A stretch of DNA of 64,000 bases, taken from positions 1 to 64,000 of the forward strand of contig JBEKSS010000008.1 of the NCBI GenBank assembly GCA_049516875.1. The letters run 5' to 3'. The notes under the pieces were generated by a model. It was not told the DNA's origin. It saw nothing but the letters and a program-made list of their open reading frames with translations, and made no database searches. The translations under genes and the position numbers were made by a program. The DNA comes from Candidatus Bathyarchaeia archaeon. GTDB taxonomy: Archaea; Thermoproteota; Bathyarchaeia; Bathyarchaeales; Bathycorpusculaceae. Below, in pieces: positions 60,150-64,000 of the stretch; within the stretch, counting starts at the first letter, position 1, and every line of letters starts with the position of its first letter.

Positions 60150-61226
60150 CTAACATATCCTTGGTACCGGGTCGCCGATGGGTCTGGCAACTATTCTTTT
60201 TCCGCCTATAATAGTCTGCATTGCAACGCCCGTGAAATCTTTCGTCGTTTCACCGATGATTTCTGCTTCTTTTCCAGCTTGTGTCGTCTTCAGAAGCTCC
60301 AAGATTCCTTCGGCCTTTTCTTTCACGGCGCCCACTATCACTTTGCCTTCATTTCCGATTTCGAGCGGGTCCAAACCCAACATTTCGCACGCTGCCCGGA
60401 CGTCGGTTCTGACAGGTATCCTGTCTTCAGATGTCAGTATGCCCACTTGCGATTTTTCGCTCAACTCGTTCAGTGCGTCGGCCAAACCGCCTCTCGTCGG
60501 GTCTTTCATGGCTACGACGCCGCCGACTTCACCTAACACACGTTGGACCAGACGGTTCAACGGTTTAACATCAGATTTTATGACGCTTCCAAAACTCAAC
60601 CCTTCCTGCGCGGACAGGACGGCTAGACCGTGGTCACCGACGGTTCCGGACAGGATTATCTTGTCTCCGACGCCGAGATTGGAGTCCAAAGTCCAGCGAG
60701 GTTTAAAATCACTCCTGAATCGCCTCACAACCTTAAGGTTTCTCTCCAACGCCGCGGTTCGCCTTCCAATCCCCGACGTGTTTATTACACATCCGCCCAG
60801 ACTTCCCTTCTCCACAACCTTGGTGTCTCCAGTAACGATGCTCACGTTTGCTTCAACACATGTTTCTTGCATGCTTACTATGATCCTTTCAAAATCATCC
60901 AATGCTAACCCTTCCTCCAAGATGAAGCCGCAAGCCAAAGCATACGGTTCTCCCCCGAGCATCGAGATATCGTTGACTGTGCCAGAAACCGCCAAGCGTC
61001 CAATGTCACCTCCTGGGAAGAATATGGGCTTCACAACGTGCGAATCGCTCTTGAAAACCACATCGCAAACGACGGCAGCATCATCCATGGCTTCAAGCGG
61101 CACTTCGACGTTACTGGCTCCTCCAAAATGCTTGACGACGTAATTCTTGACCAGATCATGCATGACTGTTCCTCCTGCACCATGCAACATTGTAATGTGT
61201 CCCCTCTCTTCATTCAAATCTACCAC
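60150..61226 (-). CDS. hypE: HypE
   Basis: HGAGG, PGGDIG, DPTRGG, C-terminal PRIC. Confidence 0.97.
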   Translation of the reverse strand: MVDLNEERGHITMLHGAGGTVMHDLVKNYVVKHFGGASNVEVPLEAMDDAAVVCDVVFKSDSHVVKPIFFPGGDIGRLAVSGTVNDISMLGGEPYALACGFILEEGLALDDFERIIVSMQETCVEANVSIVTGDTKVVEKGSLGGCVINTSGIGRRTAALERNLKVVRRFRSDFKPRWTLDSNLGVGDKIILSGTVGDHGLAVLSAQEGLSFGSVIKSDVKPLNRLVQRVLGEVGGVVAMKDPTRGGLADALNELSEKSQVGILTSEDRIPVRTDVRAACEMLGLDPLEIGNEGKVIVGAVKEKAEGILELLKTTQAGKEAEIIGETTKDFTGVAMQTIIGGKRIVARPIGDPVPRIC

Positions 61227-61423
61227 ATCCGCCTTTCAACTTGATACCTAACTTCAAGAGTCAAAAATAAACACATCGTAAACAAAATTCGGCATGCTCA
61301 AGTCTTTGTATTAAAATTAGTGGGTTCGGAGAGCGTAGATCGTCCCCGGAACCGTTTGCTTTAGAGGAAAACCATATAAATCACCATACCGCTGTTCATT
61401 TGCGCAACTGGAGCGAATATGAA

Positions 61424-61912
61424 GTGCCAAAATGGGGGTACTCAATAGCAGAAGAAGAGCTGGATCCGGAGAAAACCGTGAAAGCCAGCGCACGAGAGGT
61501 TAGTGTATCCCATAAATCGGCACGAGAAATATGTAAAACTATTAAGGGCATGATGCTTACCCAAGCAAAGCAGTATCTTAAAGATGTCACGCTCAAGAAG
61601 AAACCTGTCCCATTCAAGAGATTCAGAAAGAAATCGGGGCACCGCCATGGTTTGGAAAAGGCTTTCGCGGGTAGATATCCAATCAAGGCTGCAGGAAAGA
61701 TTCTGAAGCTGCTTGAGGGCGCTGAGGCAAACGCTGAGAATAAGGGTCTTGACACAGACAGATTGCAAATCATTCATGCAGCCACGAGTCAGGGTATGAA
61801 GGTTAAGCGTTCTATGCCAAGGGCTCAAGGGAGAAGCTCACCAAGTGTCAACATCTTATGCCACATTGAGATAGCCTTGGAAGAGCAGCCAGAGAAAGGA
61901 GAAGCAGCCTAG
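61424..61912 (+). CDS. rpl22: 50S ribosomal protein L22
   Basis: PKWGYS, GRYPIKAA, PRAQGR. Confidence 0.95.
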   Translation: MPKWGYSIAEEELDPEKTVKASAREVSVSHKSAREICKTIKGMMLTQAKQYLKDVTLKKKPVPFKRFRKKSGHRHGLEKAFAGRYPIKAAGKILKLLEGAEANAENKGLDTDRLQIIHAATSQGMKVKRSMPRAQGRSSPSVNILCHIEIALEEQPEKGEAA

Positions 61913-62640
61913 TGTCAGTCGTCAAGCATTTCATAACAGAATCCATAAAGAAGACGGAAATTGACGAGTTTTTGCAGAAAAAACTTGAAAGGGCAGGATA
62001 CGGCGGCGTAACCATATCAAAGACGCCGCTGGGTACTCACATAGTCGTCTATGCCATGCGTCCGGGCTTGGTTATAGGCCGCGGTGGCGAAACAATAAGG
62101 GAACTTGCAAGCATTCTTGAGGAAAAATTCAAAGTTTCGAACCCGCAGATTTCTGTTTCTGAAATCGAAATTCCAGAATTGAACGCCTACGTTGTTGCAT
62201 CACGTGTCGCCAGTGCACTGCAGAGAGGCGTGCATTTCAGACGAGCTGGTTTCTGGTCTCTCAACCAAGTTATGGAGGCCGGAGCCCTGGGTGCAGAAAT
62301 AGTCATAAGCGGAAAGCTGAGGACTGAAAGGGCAAGATATGAAAAGTTCAAAGCCGGATACTTGGTGAAATGCGGAGAACCATCGATAAAATACATGCAA
62401 AGAGCTGAAGTTCACGTCCAACTGAAGCCGGGCATATTTGGTGTAAGAGTCAAGATAATGCCTCCGGACGCAATATTCCCAGACAAAATCAAAATAGTTG
62501 AAAATCTCCCACCCGAATCAGAAGCGAAAGAGGCAGAAGCGACAGAGGCAAAAACCGAGCAAGAGCCATTGGCTGAAGAGGAGAAAGCTGAGGAAGCAGG
62601 CACTGGCGGGAAAGAAGAGGAAAGGGAGGGAACCGCTTAG
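61912..62640 (+). CDS. rps3: 30S ribosomal protein S3
   Basis: RPGLVIGRGG, ISGKL, acidic tail. Confidence 0.97.
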   Translation: MSVVKHFITESIKKTEIDEFLQKKLERAGYGGVTISKTPLGTHIVVYAMRPGLVIGRGGETIRELASILEEKFKVSNPQISVSEIEIPELNAYVVASRVASALQRGVHFRRAGFWSLNQVMEAGALGAEIVISGKLRTERARYEKFKAGYLVKCGEPSIKYMQRAEVHVQLKPGIFGVRVKIMPPDAIFPDKIKIVENLPPESEAKEAEATEAKTEQEPLAEEEKAEEAGTGGKEEEREGTA

Positions 62641-62922
62641 ATGCCCATACTGCGAATCAAAGAGATACGTGACATGTCTTCTGAAAACAGAACAGACAAA
62701 CTCGACGAATTCAGGACAGAGCTGCTCAGACTGAAGACCATGATCAGCGCAGGCGGAACCGTAGAGAATCCGGCAAGGATGAAGGCCCTGCGCAAAGCAA
62801 TAGCAAAGATATTGACCATAGAGCATGAAGAGAAACACGGAATAAGAAAGGCAGAACCAAAGAAGGAGCCGAAGAAGACGGAACCCAAGAAGACGGAACC
62901 CAGAAAGAGGAAGAAGACATGA
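62641..62922 (+). CDS. rpl29: 50S ribosomal protein L29 with Lys/Glu/Pro repeat tail
   Basis: ENPARM..LRKAIAKILT. Confidence 0.95.
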   Translation: MPILRIKEIRDMSSENRTDKLDEFRTELLRLKTMISAGGTVENPARMKALRKAIAKILTIEHEEKHGIRKAEPKKEPKKTEPKKTEPRKRKKT

Positions 62923-63200
62923 ACATAACGCCGGACATAATCCGCTGCGAATTCATAGGAACTGATGTCAGAGTTGCTCGGAGCAGTCATAACGGCAACG
63001 TTGGAATCTGTGGCAAAGTAATAGGCGAAACGCGAAATACCTTCGCAATTTTGCATGAAGGAAAAAAGAAAACCGTTGCAAAAGACTCATCTGTCTTCCA
63101 TTTCAAGTTTCCAGATAGAACGATTGTCGAAGTCAACGGTAGGCTTCTTACCGGAAGACCTGAAGATCGACTCAAGAAGAATGTTAGGAGACTATGGTAA
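62919..63200 (+). CDS. rnp1: RNase P protein component 1 (Rpp29)
   Basis: EFIG, G.VI.ETRNT, GRPEDRLKK. Confidence 0.93.
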   Translation: MNITPDIIRCEFIGTDVRVARSSHNGNVGICGKVIGETRNTFAILHEGKKKTVAKDSSVFHFKFPDRTIVEVNGRLLTGRPEDRLKKNVRRLW

Positions 63201-63517
63201 TGTCGCTTACTTTTAAGAAGCCTAAGAAAACTTGTGAAGACACAAACTGTCCCTTTCACGGGGAACTTCCAATAAGGGGCCGAGTGCTGGAAGGAGTTGT
63301 TGTAAGCGCCAAAATGGACAAAACGGTTGTCGTAGAACGCGACTACCTTTCATACATTTCAAAGTTCATGAGATACGAAAGAAGGCACAGCCGCATACCT
63401 TCCCACAACCCATCCTGCATAGACGCAAGAGAAGGAGACCGTGTGATAATAGCTGAAACCCGTCCAATAAGCAAGACGGTGTCATTTGTCGTTGTTGAGA
63501 AGTTGGAGGGAAAGTAA
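63194..63517 (+). CDS. rps17: 30S ribosomal protein S17
   Basis: [19 protein letters not shown]. Confidence 0.96.
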   Translation: MVMSLTFKKPKKTCEDTNCPFHGELPIRGRVLEGVVVSAKMDKTVVVERDYLSYISKFMRYERRHSRIPSHNPSCIDAREGDRVIIAETRPISKTVSFVVVEKLEGK

Positions 63518-63518
63518 A

Positions 63519-63959
63519 ATGGCGGCTAAAGCAAAACAGCGAGCATTAGTGGCAAGGGGAATGCTTGGGCACGGACAGAAAATATCAAGGGGACTGCAGC
63601 CGCCCGCAATCTTGAAGTGCGCGGACAACACCGGCGCGAGAGACTTGCGCTTAATTCAGGTCATGGGTTACAAAGGAAGGCTGCGGAGATATCCACGTGC
63701 CTCAGTTGGAGACAAGATTACAGTTTCTGTCAGACATGGAACTCCCGACATGCGAAAGAAAATCTTCCAGGCAGTAATAGTCAGGCAGAGAAAGCCCTTC
63801 AGAAGGGTCGATGGCATCTGGGTTCAATTTCAGGACAACGCAGCAGTCGTGATAACTCCTGAAGGAGAAATGAAAGGCTCAGAAATCCGCGGACCGGTGG
63901 CAAAAGAGGCGGCGGAACGATGGCCGAGGATCGCGAGCGCCGCAAGTATAATCATATAG
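63519..63959 (+). CDS. rpl14: 50S ribosomal protein L14
   Basis: [23 protein letters not shown]. Confidence 0.97.
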   Translation: MAAKAKQRALVARGMLGHGQKISRGLQPPAILKCADNTGARDLRLIQVMGYKGRLRRYPRASVGDKITVSVRHGTPDMRKKIFQAVIVRQRKPFRRVDGIWVQFQDNAAVVITPEGEMKGSEIRGPVAKEAAERWPRIASAASIII

Positions 63960-63971
63960 GTTGAGGAAAGC

Positions 63972-64000
63972 ATGCAAGCCGCAAGACCAGTAACAAAACC
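63972..64000 (+). CDS. rpl24: Probable start of ribosomal protein L24 (truncated by window edge)
   Basis: GAGG SD plus ATG; conserved gene order only. Confidence 0.5.

Noticed and set aside
60178-61143. 321-aa plus-strand ORF (and similar shadow ORFs such as 4433-4960 and 49382-49738)
   Set aside because: Antisense shadows of well-supported genes (hypE, the ABC ATPase, the RHH gene).
62845-62910. EPKK repeat tail of L29
   Set aside because: Low-complexity ribosomal protein extensions are common; no evidence of special function.
1-64000. CRISPR array
   Set aside because: No regularly spaced 25-40 bp direct repeats seen; the Cas1-like fragment has no array or other cas genes.

Overview
Archaeal genomic window, most consistent with Bathyarchaeia/TACK (Tes-type radical SAM, hypFCD/hypE, and an L22-S3-L29-RNaseP p29-S17-L14 ribosomal cluster; the lineage is my inference). 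It has four parts. (1) 1-22.9 kb is an accessory patchwork: two families of dispersed non-coding repeats, some abutting tRNA 3'-end remnants, plus a three-gene operon with a membrane protein ending in a (Cys-Ala)n tail and a PqqD/RRE-radical SAM-SPASM enzyme. (2) 23.0-28.8 kb is a beta-oxidation cluster. (3) About 28.8-51.3 kb is an AT-richer defence-type island ending in a tyrosine recombinase. It carries restriction-modification genes, HEPN-like, DUF4062 and ATPase modules, a TGT-like protein next to a tRNA-like gene, and an Elf1 paralog. (4) 51.4-64 kb is housekeeping. The most striking sequence-level signal is about 18 perfect (GC)n tracts of 8-10 nt. They are confined to the accessory parts and repeatedly sit exactly where gene fragments begin or end. 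All family assignments come from motif recognition by eye; no database searches were run.
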